A DNA stretch of 64,000 nt from Styela clava (lineage: Eukaryota). The notes below the pieces were generated by a model. That model was given only the letters and a program-made list of their open reading frames with translations, had not been told where the DNA came from and searched no databases. Position numbers and translations under genes: made by a program. The DNA lies in the NCBI RefSeq assembly GCF_964204865.1, contig NC_135252.1, positions 11,780,001 to 11,844,000 on the forward strand, written 5' to 3'. Shown piece after piece: positions 13,901 to 26,370 of this stretch; the stretch's first letter is position 1, and every line of letters starts with the position of its first letter.

Positions 13901-16320
13901 TTGTGCGATGTCTAACATCGACAAATTTAAATTGATATTTAATTTATATGTTTTGCAATATGCGCAGTAGCGTGCTGAATTTTTTGTGTTTAGAAAAAAT
14001 TTCCACTTCCTATCTATTTTAAAACTAAATTTGACAGCCTGTGGCAACAGATGAACGCTGCATCGAACTTCGCCAGTCGATATTCCCCTCTTTCTGTGGC
14101 ATCCTAAGTAATTTCCAGACTATCTGTTGTTTTTTTCGAATTTTCAGTTTATGGTTCTCTAACATGTGCTGAATATTATTAGCTATATCATTCCTCGAAC
14201 TGCTAATATGTTTGCACGGGTGAAAAATCATATTTTGTTACAATTTTTTAGAATTGCTCGATTTTAGATGCAATTTAGATTTCTGTGTATCATTTCACCA
14301 TTTTGAGGATCTAGGATTTACATATTTATCCCGGGGGGCGGAAGAGGATAAGACCGCTTAATCATATGGCGAATCACAGTTACCAGTCTATGTCGGGTAT
14401 GGAATTAGTTCGCCATAAGTTATTTGTTTCAGATACATGAACATGATGGTGGAGGAAGCCGTAACCGACCAGTGGTTGCATGAACCACTTTACATCGGCG
14501 AGGATTCGAGCAATTATCTCGCACGTAAATATCCATACGGGATTCGAACCTGCCAAGCAGGGTAATCAGCGGGGCTATATCGAGCGCATCCTAACTCTTT
14601 ACACGATGCGTCACATTGCCCAGCCGAGATTGAAGATGGTGCTTGACATCTCATTCCACATGTTGCTATTTTTGTCCACATTGCTTCACCATAATAATAT
14701 CAGTCCGCCTTTTGTCTTTTTGAAAAAAACAGCCATCGGCTTGGGCCTTATTGGCGCCAATGTGCATTCCTACAGCAGTGGGACTTGATGAGTGATTCTG
14801 ATAATATTACTTAAATTTTGAACCTTGTTTCAATACATAATTAGTTAAGAAGGTTATCTAACTTTTACCTACCCCTTATTTACAACATTAGCTAATAATA
14901 GGTAAGTGATGGGATTTAAAAGATTAATTTACAATAAAGTTTGACAACCGTTTGAAAATACCTGTAATTCATAGCGCTTCTTGGGGGTGCTTCTTCTCCG
15001 CCTCTGACCCAAGTTGTTCTGCGATCAACTAGTCCAACCACAGACCCAAATTTCTCTCGCATATAGGTAGCATTCACCAATTGTTTCATTGCCTTTAAAA
15101 GTGATATCTCATTTAGGCGACAAAACATACTTGAAATATGGAAGCTAAGAAGAAGATTTCGGTTATTAAATGGTAAATACAAAATATATATATAACACGC
15201 GGAGTGTATCGCCACGAAATTATATTTAAAATAAAATCGCGAAAGACAGAAATTACATAATCGGAAAAGCATGGTTCACCATGCAAATAGCAAGGCCCAT
15301 CATTAGTTATTGTATTCGATTTGATTTTTAAATATAAAAATTTACATGTCATTTGTGTACATTTTATACGGAATATTACAAAAAAAGTTATAGATGTTTT
15401 TTTTTACATGTATACAAAATTCACTTGTATACTTTGCATACAATATTTGTTTAATTTTCATACCCTATGTCACGATACCATGGTATACGTTATCCTGTTA
15501 CAATATTTCATTTGATACAAGAATAACTCTGTTAGTGACGTATGGTGAAGTTGCAGTATAATTAAAACATATGTTGTAAGGTTTCAGCATTTTCTGCCTA
15601 TCTCAACAATAGGGTTGCTACAACTGTAACTGCCAACCATTTATGTCACGTACCCGTGACGTCTGTTTTCTTTCCATGCGTCTAATTAATTCAATCTATG
15701 AACATGTATATATCGGGTCTACAGGCAGCGATTTTCGTGTTGGACCTCCAGAGCAATGCCAAAATATACATTTTCTTCTTTATTAATGATTTCTCAAAAA
15801 TATCTATTTCAGACAAGTATGTAATAAAAAGTCCAAAAACTTAGGAGAGTGTTGCCAGAAAATATTGATATTTTCAAATTATAATAAGGAATCCATAAAT
15901 TGTGCAGATGTACGCCACTAAATAAAACGGGATATTTAGGCGGAGGGTTATAAATTATTTCTTCTGCAAACGCATAGATTTGCTCATGCAATATATGTTT
16001 GCATACATTTTTAGAAAAAAATGTAGGGTACTCACTTTTGTGTGTCGAATTACACCTCTGAAGACAGCCGGTCTTGCAGGCGCCCAGAAATCACGATAGA
16101 ATGATGGTCCATCAATAAAAGCGTCAAATTCAGCTATTTGTCCTCTTATGATTTTGCGCTGATTTCCTATGGGTTTCAAATGTCCCTTCAGATACTTTAT
16201 AGAGTGCCAGTTTGTATTGGATTCAGCTGCAATCCAATGAGCGTTTGCAAGAAAAATTATGAGAGTAATAGAAGTTTTTTGGGACCCTGATATCCAATCC
16301 GGTAGACGACAAAACGACAT
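10936..16320 (-). CDS. JmjC/cupin-like (cupin_8-type) Fe(II)/2-oxoglutarate dioxygenase with a predicted signal peptide, about 323 aa
   Basis: Exons 16320-16036, 15092-14962, 13812-13689, 12471-12337, 11561-11403 and 11073-10936 join in frame (972 nt). Motifs: GHLKPIG, FYRDFWAPARPAVFRG, FHRDYADN (HxD), GKKTW, VDLIKYP, LNPGDVMYIPRNWLHYVRS (distal His), NIAINIWF. Confidence 0.88.
14312..14612 (-). mobile_element. tRNA-derived SINE (copy 1)
   Basis: B-box GGTTCGAATCC on the minus strand at 14540-14550. The body aligns by eye with 20670-20935 (gataagac..ttaatcatatgg, tttgtttcagat, gaggaagcc.taa..gaccagtggt). Confidence 0.65.
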
Positions 16321-17612
16321 TCTTTGGTTGTAAGAAGGCTAATTTAACCTTTATATCTATTATTCTTAAAAGCTGAGTTTATCCACAAATAACAAAATAA
16401 TAACATAGCTGAGTACTGTTGTAAGAAAATGACTGGTCCGCATAAAATAAAGCGAATCTGGACTTTTTGGCCCTGTCCATCAAAAATAAATATCACCCTA
16501 TCCGATTCATTAATTTACAAAATTCTAATTAAAAAAATTATTTTCTATAAAATTCCGCTAAATGAAATTTACTACTACTACTGCTTCAAATCTGTATTCG
16601 CTGGCAGTCTTGACGGTGGTGATACGTCAGTGGTTACCTGCGACTATTATTTGAATGAGACATGCTAAGTAGCAATGCTGACGAACCTCTACATAGTTTT
16701 TGACGCAATTGCGTCAGCTCCATTTTAATATTTTCAGACTGCAAGGTTTATAAAGTAGCAAGCGGCAGTGCAAGTGGAAACCCTCTACAGTTTACAGGAA
16801 GCACGGAAGTGAACGATTATAGTCTTATCACGTTGCCTTAGTATGTGGCGCAGCAGAGTGTTGCACACTATCTAATCTTATATTAAGTCATGGGCTACAG
16901 TTTAATCTACTTTCAATCGAAAAGCTTCCAACAGCGAGTTTGAAATTTTTGGAAGACTGAAAAAGTCGGTATTGATGAGTGCCATTGCATTTTGTTAAAA
17001 TCACTGATTGTTTTCGTCAGCGCGACGTGCTATTTAGGTCATAAACATCTTTACGTCTGTAGTTATACTCTCTAAAGTCTAAATCACAAATTTCCATCAA
17101 CGTATGCATATCTTGTTCCACTGGGACGACGATAATTACTGGTTGTCGCACGGAATTGTGAGTTTGTTGTGAAAAATGAGTTATTACATTACAATCATCG
17201 GCGACGGGAGTGAATGTAGCCAATTAGTCCACAACATGAATATTTATTGATTGAAAATTGGCATTGTGAAATACTAAAAATAAAAAAAATGGGAAGGCCA
17301 TAAGTTTTGTTTTAGGAAACCCGCGACTGATTAAATATAATTTTTTAGACATTGTCAATCGCAAAATTTGGTGTGGCTATCTTGTGTATGGGCTACGTAT
17401 CTGATCTTAATCAAGTGTACACATTGCTAAGTATAGGCCTATATCAATGAGCATACTTTTGGTTTTACCAATCCGAGTCGACAAGTTTATGAGTAACTGA
17501 AACTGAAAAACTGCTATTGATTGAAATATGAGAAGTGACAGACATCAAACGATTGTAACTTAGATGTGATAAATTGCTAGGATATATATAAGCACCATGC
17601 TGTAGTAAGCCT

Positions 17613-17871
17613 CTACACCTGACACAGGCAAACAAAGCCCCGTGGGCCAAATCCGGCCCGTTGGATAATCCAATCTGACCCGCCTGATACTGCCACAACC
17701 AAACTCAACCCGGATATTGATGTTTTAGCTAAAAAATAGCTCAAGGAATCCGCTGAGACTAAGTTTGGCACGAGGTTATTGTTTCCACCCCAGGTTATGT
17801 AACACTGTAAATAAAATTATTACATAAAACGTGGCCCTTGGTTCGAAAACCTTGCATATCTCGGGTCTACA
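17613..17871. mobile_element. hAT-type non-autonomous element (degenerate)
   Basis: Subterminal gccccgtgggccaaatccggcccg at the left and gtggccc...aaaaccttgc at the right. Same motif family as 27809-28383. Confidence 0.5.
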
Positions 17872-18130
17872 GCAGTAGTTCTCAACTGCGGTTCTCCACT
17901 ATTCTTCCTCTCAATATCCTTTAAAATTAATCATTTTCGGTGAATATATTCCATTGAAAATTAATCTATGACTTGAAATTCAAAGAATGAAGTGTATTAG
18001 TTGAATTGACGTCATCGTAGCTGTTAGGTCGTTTTGAGTGAAACTTTTTATTATGGTGTCATAGTGTTCTTTTCCACAAAGTTTAGCCTACGTTTTAATT
18101 GGTACACTGATTTCATTGTTCAATAATTAT

Positions 18131-18300
18131 ATTAACGAAACTGGATAATACTCGTTATATCAATGAAAAGATTCTGATCACGAAAACAAAAAGTTTGCAG
18201 TAGACTTGGATAACTCCAAAGTTCACAAATTACATTAACGAAATTGTATAATATTCGCTATTTCAATGAAAAGATTCTGATCAAGAAAACAAGATATCTG
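18131..18300. repeat. Imperfect tandem duplication (about 104-bp period) downstream of the IRF gene
   Basis: attaacgaaa..g.ataata.tcg.tat.tcaatgaaaagattctgatca.gaaaacaa occurs at about 18131 and again at about 18234. Confidence 0.7.
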
Positions 18301-18615
18301 AACAATAAAGCATATATATATACAATTTATACAAATGAAGAATGAAATGTATGAATTGCAAATTTGATTACAATCATCACCAAAGGCAACAAGAGAACGA
18401 AGATAAAAGTCAATAAACATTATAGTGTCCAATAAATCTTTTTTTTAAATGCTTCTGCGAAAAATTCAACAACAGCAAAATGGAGGTACAGGCACAGAAA
18501 CAAGTCTTAGTTTAAGAAGGTCAAATTATTTTAGTTTATCTATCAAATGCGTACTCATATTCATAATAGGCATGGCGGAACATCGTCACTGTCGGTAAAT
18601 GTTTGCCAACGAAGT

Positions 18616-21600
18616 TCATGGCGCAGACATTTTCATAGCTGCAAATTGCCGATCCAACGAAGCCTCCTCCGCACTAAGTTGTAGCTCCGGCAGTATATTT
18701 TCACATGCTTTTATTCTAGTAGCCGCTAGTGGTTGCAATGTAATTCTAACACCCTTGCCATAATTCGGGTGTTTTGGCTTACAGCCAACAACAATCTCAA
18801 CTTTGGAGACAGCTGGGATTGATGTGCTTTCGGTACCTGAAAGTCCCCTCTCTTTCTCCCAGTTAGAAAGGGCTAATGAATTCCAGAAATCCATATAGGA
18901 AAATATTTTGTACTTGATTCCTCTGTCAACTTTCACCGGCTCATTGTCGTTCTTGTGTACATCAAAGAAAAATGCATGAGATTTGCAATGGCGAATCATG
19001 TAAATGCTTTTATCACTTGCGTCATACCCAAACAGTATTCCAGTGTCCATATTTGTTAAAATAATTTGAAGATTTTGGCAATCGTGATGAGATTGAAGTT
19101 GTATAATTTGTTGTGGCGGTAATTGTCTATATGCATACAAGTTTACTAATGCCGAGATGGAGCCTGTATCACCATACACAACGTTGCACAATTTGTCCAT
19201 TTCGACTTCACGAAATAGCATGTCGACATCATTATAAGCAATGGTAAATTTGCACTTTCTTAAATCAGTTTCTGTAAAAGCAAGGTTGTGAGTCATCACT
19301 TTTTAATTAAATGTAAGTGCAATAGATATATGTAGTAATTTTCAATTAAACTGTGGACCACAAACTAAAACAAGAACCGGATTAAACTCTTACAAAAACG
19401 GACTAAATGAATTCTAAACGTCACTGCTGAGATACGAGTAAATACTCCCAACATATAAAAGTTTCATGGACAAATGTACAATGGAATATAAGATCCAGAC
19501 ACTATCAATCAATCCTTTATTACCATTATTTGTTTATTTATTTATTTATTACTAATATAAAACGGAAAACAATTTGACTGTCACTTTATATCAGAGGTTT
19601 AAAGCTCAAACTCTCAGTTCAAAAATAGCATAAAACAAGTTTCCTTTTGTATACATAATTCCTGCAGCTTATATTCTTAGTCTCAAGTCTGTCGAAAAAG
19701 ATTCAGAATAGGTCCATCAGAGATGTAGCATGTCCATATACAAAGTTGAAATATTGTATGAGTAAAATTATTACCTGTGACACCAATCGCTTTTAATTTC
19801 TCCAAAGACAGGGAGTTATAATGTTCACTGTCCAAAGAAGGTATGCTGGGCATTTGAACATCTTGAAGGTAAAATAAGGTAAATACTACAACAGTAATTA
19901 GGTAAAATACAATGAAAGGCCCTAAAAATCGAAAGTGCCTAAGAGCAGGTGAATAATAGCATGGTTCATATTACATATTTTGGAAAAAAATAATCAAAAC
20001 TTGTGTAAAAAAATGCTAGAGCGCAAAGTCTAATATGATTTACTAATAATTTGATCAAAGGTAACATCGACACTAAATGAATCATATGATTTCATTTCTC
20101 TCTACAAAACATCACACCAGAGCAATTGAGTTGTCTTCTCAACATTACTTTAAGTTGAGTGTGAAAGTATGGACTAAGATGGTGGAAGAAGATATAACCA
20201 GCCAATCACATATCAACACTGAGCAGTGAGCACAACACACTAATGTAACTATCTTGATTCTTAATAGTAGAAATTATAATATTAAGCAATAAGCATGCTC
20301 ACCATCTGTGGGCTGAACATTACCAGCTTCATGAATTTGTGAAACATAATTTGTGGCACTTGTTGAAACATTCATTGGTTCCTGTGGAGAAATTTAAAAT
20401 GATGAAGGATATCAGAAATACATGGCATTTTTGGATTTATCTTTGTTTCTGAATGCTAACATTAACAATATACTAAATAAGCTATCATCCAACAAAGACT
20501 TGTTCTAGCAAAATGTGAATAATTATATATTTCAGTGTGTGAAGTCACTAATTCTGGACTTTCTGCATTTGTGACATCTGAATGGCAGCACTAATATTAT
20601 CAAAGTTTCTATATATATATATATCAAACAAGTTTAAATATACTTAAACAACACTTCTTTTAACAACTTGGATAGGATAGGATTGACATTTTCATCGCGG
20701 GGGTGAGGAAAGTTGATAAGACGGTTTAATCATATGGTGAACCACGACCTATTGAGTATTTGTTTCAGATGACTTGATCGTAGAGGAAGCCATAATTGAC
20801 CAGTGGTCACGTGAACCACCTTACAGCGGTATGAGGTCCAGCAAACCTCTCTCACATAATTATTATTTAACAGGATTCAAACAGGGTAATCGGAGGTGAG
20901 GTGGCAAACCTATTCCTAACGCCTAGCACGATGCTAAGCACTTTGATAACAGTATTATTAAAATTATTTAGTACTATTACTAACTATGTCATAGACTTAA
21001 AAACTTACAAACTGAGGAGGAGGATCTTCGAGTAATTCCAGGAAGGCCTGACCAAGACTTAAATCTGGTGTAGTGAGATTGTTACAAGAAGGATCTTCAT
21101 CAAGAAAATGATTTTGTGATACTTGTGCTGGATATATAATTTAACCCGTTATTTATTATATCATTTCATTAAAGTTAATGCAAAATTATAGTTATGATAG
21201 TTATAGAAAAAAAAAAAAAAACTAAAGATAATTCTAATTTTTCAGTTAAATTTTGGCGCTCCAGAAGTATGTATACCAATATGGAGGTGATAAATTTTAT
21301 TCGCCTACTTTACATCAAGTAAAGGGACTGAAACCACACTACGGGAGTACCCATTTTTTGATATATCACAAGCAAAATCATGTTATGAAATTTTCAAAAC
21401 TTTGCATGTTTTCTGGCTTATGAGACTTACGTCACAAAGAATCATATCTTTAAATAAGGCTCTGAATAATTGATCTACAATTAGCTAGAAAAATATTAGA
21501 TCAAATCATAAATTTAAATTAGTTCAGTGAATATGTCATCTACAGAATAAGTAGCTAGCAAGCACTCACCTGGAGATAAATTATAACCCAAATGACTCAC

Positions 21601-23291
21601 AGATACTGGAGATGGGGTAACATTAGAATCTTGGCTATCCTCTGAAATATTCCTTTGCTGAACAGCTTTCTTAGCTAAAACAATTTGAAAATATGGATTA
21701 CCAACATTTATATGAAAGATAATGGAAGGCCCAGTTCTGGAATGAGAATTTTCATATTTTTACATGAGATAAGGAAAATTATTAATATGGCATTATTATA
21801 TGGCAAACTACCACATTTAGTCCTGTTATTCGTTCAAGTCCCACGCTTTGAGATTAACCAACTAGTTTAAAGTTTCAAATGCATGAATATGGTTGATTGA
21901 AAAAGATGTAATCTAACATCAATGGCTACCTGAACCACCAAGCAAAGTAAATGAGCCAAAGGCTTACTTTGTTATGCTGAAATAGAGTCGAAACAAACTT
22001 ATACTTATACAAACAATCTTCTTTCACAATAAGTTTATCAATAAGTTTAAGTGAATACCCAAAATTTCTTCCTCTGAAAGAAATCTGTAAACTTTGAAAC
22101 TTCCTGTTTGCAATTGTTGATCCTCATTTTTCAAATGCTCAAAATGCTGAGAATGATTTATAGCCGACCGAAAGTTTCGCTTGGCTTTTTGTGGATCAGA
22201 AGATTGCTTTCCATCCCTCTCAGCCCATTTCTAAGAAAAATAATATACCGGTAAATAGATATTCAAATATATTAAATTCAAACGCATGAGAATATGGTAC
22301 AAGCATTTCACAACGAAAGGATAATGGAAAATTACATCAATTGTTATCTGTGGTATTGGGGATATTATTAATAACTACCAGTTATGTCAACCCTAAATGA
22401 AATAAGACTAGTCAGGCTATTTAAAAGCATAAAGTGGTTTACCCAGTTGCGACCAAATTCATTCTTGTTACTATAAAATCTGTGAATTTAAAAACAATAA
22501 TCTAAAATTTTTCTCACCAAATGTACATTACATAAATGTACAATGCTTCAATCAACCACTGGAACAACGTATTTGCAAATAATTATATGGAGGTCCTATA
22601 TCATAACCATAGATATACATAAAGTATATATCAAAACCAAGACCAACAATAGTTTTGTGGTATAGCATTTCAACCCTCTGAAAATCGATCTGCAAGGCCA
22701 AAGAAAATTTATGTCATATTCAAACGATCATAAAATATGACGCATCTTAAGGACATGCAGACATGTTCTATTGGGGAGACACCACACAATGTTTTTCCAT
22801 GCAAGCTTCAGACCCAATGTTTCATTATTTTATTAATCAACTGCAACAATATACATTCAAACACGAGACTCAAGGTTGAGGCTTACTTTTTCATCCTGAT
22901 TTTCAAAGGCAATTAAACACCATAATAAAGATTAATCAGATGCCACGAGCATAGACTAAAACATCCAATTATCCAGGGATGAAAATTATTACTTTTGAAA
23001 TGAAAACTGTTTGGATATCGCCACCAGCACTGCTGGAAGGCTACTGGAGTAGGTAGTACAGTAGTAAACTGGTATAAGAGATTTGTGAATAAAGACGTAA
23101 CTTACATGAAACAGCATGTAGTAATCATTCCAGTCTGGATCAGATTCTTTGACCCAAGGTAGCTTAAACACATATTGGTATCCATTCAAGCCATACCATT
23201 CTAGCCCCCTGAAATCGCCGCTCAATATCTGCTGATATAACCAATGTTTTAAATTAGGCTTTTGCTTGAAAGCAGTATTGGATGTCGCCAT
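18616..23291 (-). CDS. IRF: Interferon regulatory factor family transcription factor (N-terminal IRF DNA-binding domain, C-terminal IAD/SMAD-like domain), about 476 aa
   Basis: Exons 23291-23106, 22230-22059, 21674-21570, 21127-21009, 20381-20303, 19861-19775 and 19298-18616 join in frame (1431 nt). DBD: LKHWLYQQILSGDFRGLEW...FKLPW...LFHKWA...DPQKAKRNFRSAIN...FKVYRF. C-terminus: IYMIRHCKSHAFF...KVDRGIKYKIFSYMDF resembles the IRF association domain. Confidence 0.9.
20670..20935 (-). mobile_element. tRNA-derived SINE (copy 2), in an IRF intron
   Basis: Homologous to 14312-14612, with a degenerate B-box (ggattcaaac on +) and a (GATAG)n tail at about 20671-20682. Confidence 0.6.
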
Positions 23292-23459
23292 GATACCATA
23301 TGTTCAACTTCCCTAAATTCTTCACGGTTTATTAATGGAGTGCTTGTCTGCTGTCAACCCTGTACTCTAGCCCCTGTGCCGTACAGAGGTATGGATAATT
23401 ATCCCAATGCCACTGACTGACTGGACTGATATATAAATGCGTTCATATGTATCGACGAC

Positions 23460-23507
23460 GGGGATTTACCGTTATGGAGAGCTCCATCACAGCGGAGGGG
23501 ATTTCCC
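23460..23507. promoter_or_regulatory. Pair of NF-kappaB-like sites upstream of IRF
   Basis: GGGGATTTACC (23460-23470) and GGGGATTTCCC (23497-23507; exact match to GGGRNWYYCC), 170-215 bp upstream of the ATG. A TATA-like TATATA lies at about 23429-23436. Confidence 0.6.
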
Positions 23508-24744
23508 TCCGTTGAGCTGAAGCTATTTCGAAATTCCTTGGTGATTTATTTCAGACGTGATTCCGTAAACGGGACTTACACACCTGTAGTTTATTTTAAA
23601 TAACCAAAGATTTGTTTCGCGACACAAGCAGAACTTTTGTTTTATTACTGTTTGTGCTATTTTGGTTTAGTAATATGTAATTCAAAAACTAGGGCATCAA
23701 CTAGATTTCCCAAATTGGGGTTTGCGGACCCCTGGGGGTCCGTGACGACTACACAGGGGGACCCAACGACTAACATACCGGGGGGACTGTAGCAATATTA
23801 AGCGTCTGAAATATATACATTTAACGTATATCCATTGTTACGTAGACATTTATAAACGAGATAACAAAAGTCGTAAGTTAACGCAAGAGGCAGGATATGA
23901 TCTCTGTCACAGAGATACATCGTCGGTAATAATTGATTGTATGCGTTATTGAGTATTACGCAGTCGAGAACTTGTGCGACTTTGCCGAGCTCATTTGAGC
24001 CCCGTAGATGCAAGAAAGAAGCGTGAAACCCAGGTAATTGTAAGAGACTATCCAAGTATACACAATTAAATTAGTTCGTTGTCGTCGAGTTGGGCCTACG
24101 AGTTTGCCTATCACAAATTGATCCGTCACATCGTAAATATATACGTCACATTAATGCAATTACGGTAATGTCGTTTGTGTTTTTGTGTTCTAAATCCAAA
24201 TGAAACATTATCCTTCCTCCTTGGTTACGCACATAAATCGATATAGGATGGGGATTGATATAGATGATATCATTAAAAAAAATCAAGTCCTGACTTCTGA
24301 GTACTCGGCAGAAATCATGCCCAAGCTTTCATATTGATTGTTCTTATTGGGGGAATTTTCATTTAGCGACAGCAATGAAATGGGACTTAAAAGTTAGGAT
24401 AGTGCGAAAAGATCAGTTTCCTGTACTTTTAAAGTGGCATATACTTGAATAGTTAAGAATAGTGATCGTGTATCCAAAAAGGCAAAAGGTATTAGCGCAA
24501 AGAATGGCGACATACATCCATATCATCAGTCCAGATAGATATGAGATTAGATACTAATGTGATCGATCATTTCATATGTACTGCCGAGGAAGAAACCCTA
24601 ACCAATCAGAAGTTACCTATCCGAAAATCCATCCTAACATAATTTTTCTTTACTGCATTCGAATGTACTCAGAGTTCACAGGTCGGCCGCAAAGCGACAA
24701 AATTTTTATTGCACCGAATAATAGTCAGAATAAATTTATTGATG

Positions 24745-25139
24745 CTCTCTATTATCGCAAGCGCTGTATGCGTCATTTTCCCCGGAGTAGCTCGGAAGGA
24801 GTTCATGTCATTAAATTTGGTCCTATGATTTGATTGTTTCTCCGCCTTTTTATCTCGACATAATATACGGAGGTATTCATAGTTATATATTATGCATTTC
24901 TTTATTATCATCTTTTGTGCGATTCAAGAGCAGCATTTAGCAGAGCTCACATTTTTAGACTACGATACCAGCGAATTTGAAAATCAAATTGCGAGTCTAG
25001 TTCTGTTACTTGTATAAGAGTGCTGAAGGAACAAATAACCAATCAATTTCTACTCGAACGCTTACAACTCGACCTGTTTCTACCCTACCGTGATCACCTC
25101 AGCGTTTTTTAAATCGTCGTCGTTAACAAAACCTAGTTA
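24745..25139. repeat. Dispersed repeat (long copy)
   Basis: Blocks gtagctcggaaggag.tcatgtcattaa.tt.ggtcctatgattt and tactcgaac.cttaca.ctcgacctgtttctacc...ttttttaaatcgtcg recur at 28861-29047. Confidence 0.75.
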
Positions 25140-25481
25140 AAACCCCTCAAACTGCTCCATACGGAGTCACAGGGCTCAGTGAGGGACACCTAGGGACTGT
25201 GCGAGCTATTTGTTCACTTATTAGAATACTAACTTGACTAATTTTGTAACTGTCCATGTGGCAATGGGTTTTACTTAAAATATTATATTATCTATAGTAG
25301 TAAGTATATTAGTAGACAATGCTATATTAATGGACTGATATATTAGTCCGGCAGAATCGTGGCCGAAGCTCGTTTTGAGACATAAAGTTTGTTTAGATAT
25401 AATGTCGATGACATAAATAATGATACCCAGGTGGGTCTGGAGTATATAATGTTGAGCAATTTTTTCTAAGTTGATTTTAAG

Positions 25482-25590
25482 GCGCTCCGGGAGTATTCAT
25501 ACCAAGATGACGCACATCCTGAGCTTTAACCTGGTACACATGCAATGTTCAGGCTGTGCGCCATCTTGGTACGAATACTTCGGGGGCACC
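25482..25590. mobile_element. Fold-back MITE-like hairpin repeat (same family as 4262-4372)
   Basis: Inverted arms agtattc.taccaagatg.cgcaca and tgtgcgccatcttggtacgaatact. Confidence 0.7.
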
Positions 25591-25742
25591 TTTTTTGTTA
25601 AAAACAATTGTTTCATAACTATGGGTTAGTTTTGAATACATAGTAACATTTAATCTCCTTCCAATGTCAGAAATTCAATTTTATTACAATAAATGGTAGT
25701 TTATTTCACAAATATAAGCCAAAATCCATCGACAGCATCTAG

Positions 25743-26370
25743 TCACTTTCTTTTGCACTTATATTTGTGTTGCCGCGGGCATTTCTTTTTCCTGATTAAA
25801 GCTTCGGGACTTGGGAAATATTTTATTAGTTGAAACGGATTGGAATATTCGACCTCGTCTTCTGCGCTGAACAAGGCCATGTAAAACCATCCACTGACAT
25901 CTAACGATGTGTAACGTGTTTTCCTTTGGAAGAACCGAGACCTTCCAGGTTCAGCATCGACTTTGTCTAATTTAATATATCCTTGTGGAGATAGAGGGTA
26001 TGCGTATGCGAAGCCGAGATGTGCATATGTTATGCCAACATAGTTGAGTCAAACATTTTGATCATTAGAACATCACACTCACACACACACATTTTCCTGA
26101 GTGCTTCGGTTGTACGTGGTAACGCGTACATTTTTGCGCACATGCATCAAATTCCACTTGTTAATTGACCTACAGGTTTTTTACGATCTTTTGTGTATGA
26201 TTTCATCCCATATAATTTTGTATGCTGTTCTAAAGAATACTAGTTTCAGCTTTTTCATTCATTTAAATCGCGTGTTGGAAGTAAGTTTTGTAATATTGCG
26301 TATTGGTTTTCAACTGGCTTATTGATATCCATCATTTGACATTCTTGAATCGGTGATGCCGATAAATCTT
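25743..26370 (-). pseudogene. Stop-disrupted coding remnant, possibly actinoporin/cytolysin-like
   Basis: A 101-codon open frame at 26048-25743 (LNYVGITYAHLGFAYAYPLSPQGYIKLDKVDAEPGRSRFFQRKTRYTSLDVSGWFYMALFSAEDEVEYSNPFQL...) continues upstream in frame through several stops and a (GT)n tract. The family assignment is by motif resemblance only. Confidence 0.4.

Noticed and set aside
26049-26085. Three in-frame TGAs read as selenocysteines
   Set aside because: An in-frame TAA lies upstream, two of the TGAs are explained by microsatellite slippage, and no SECIS was identified.
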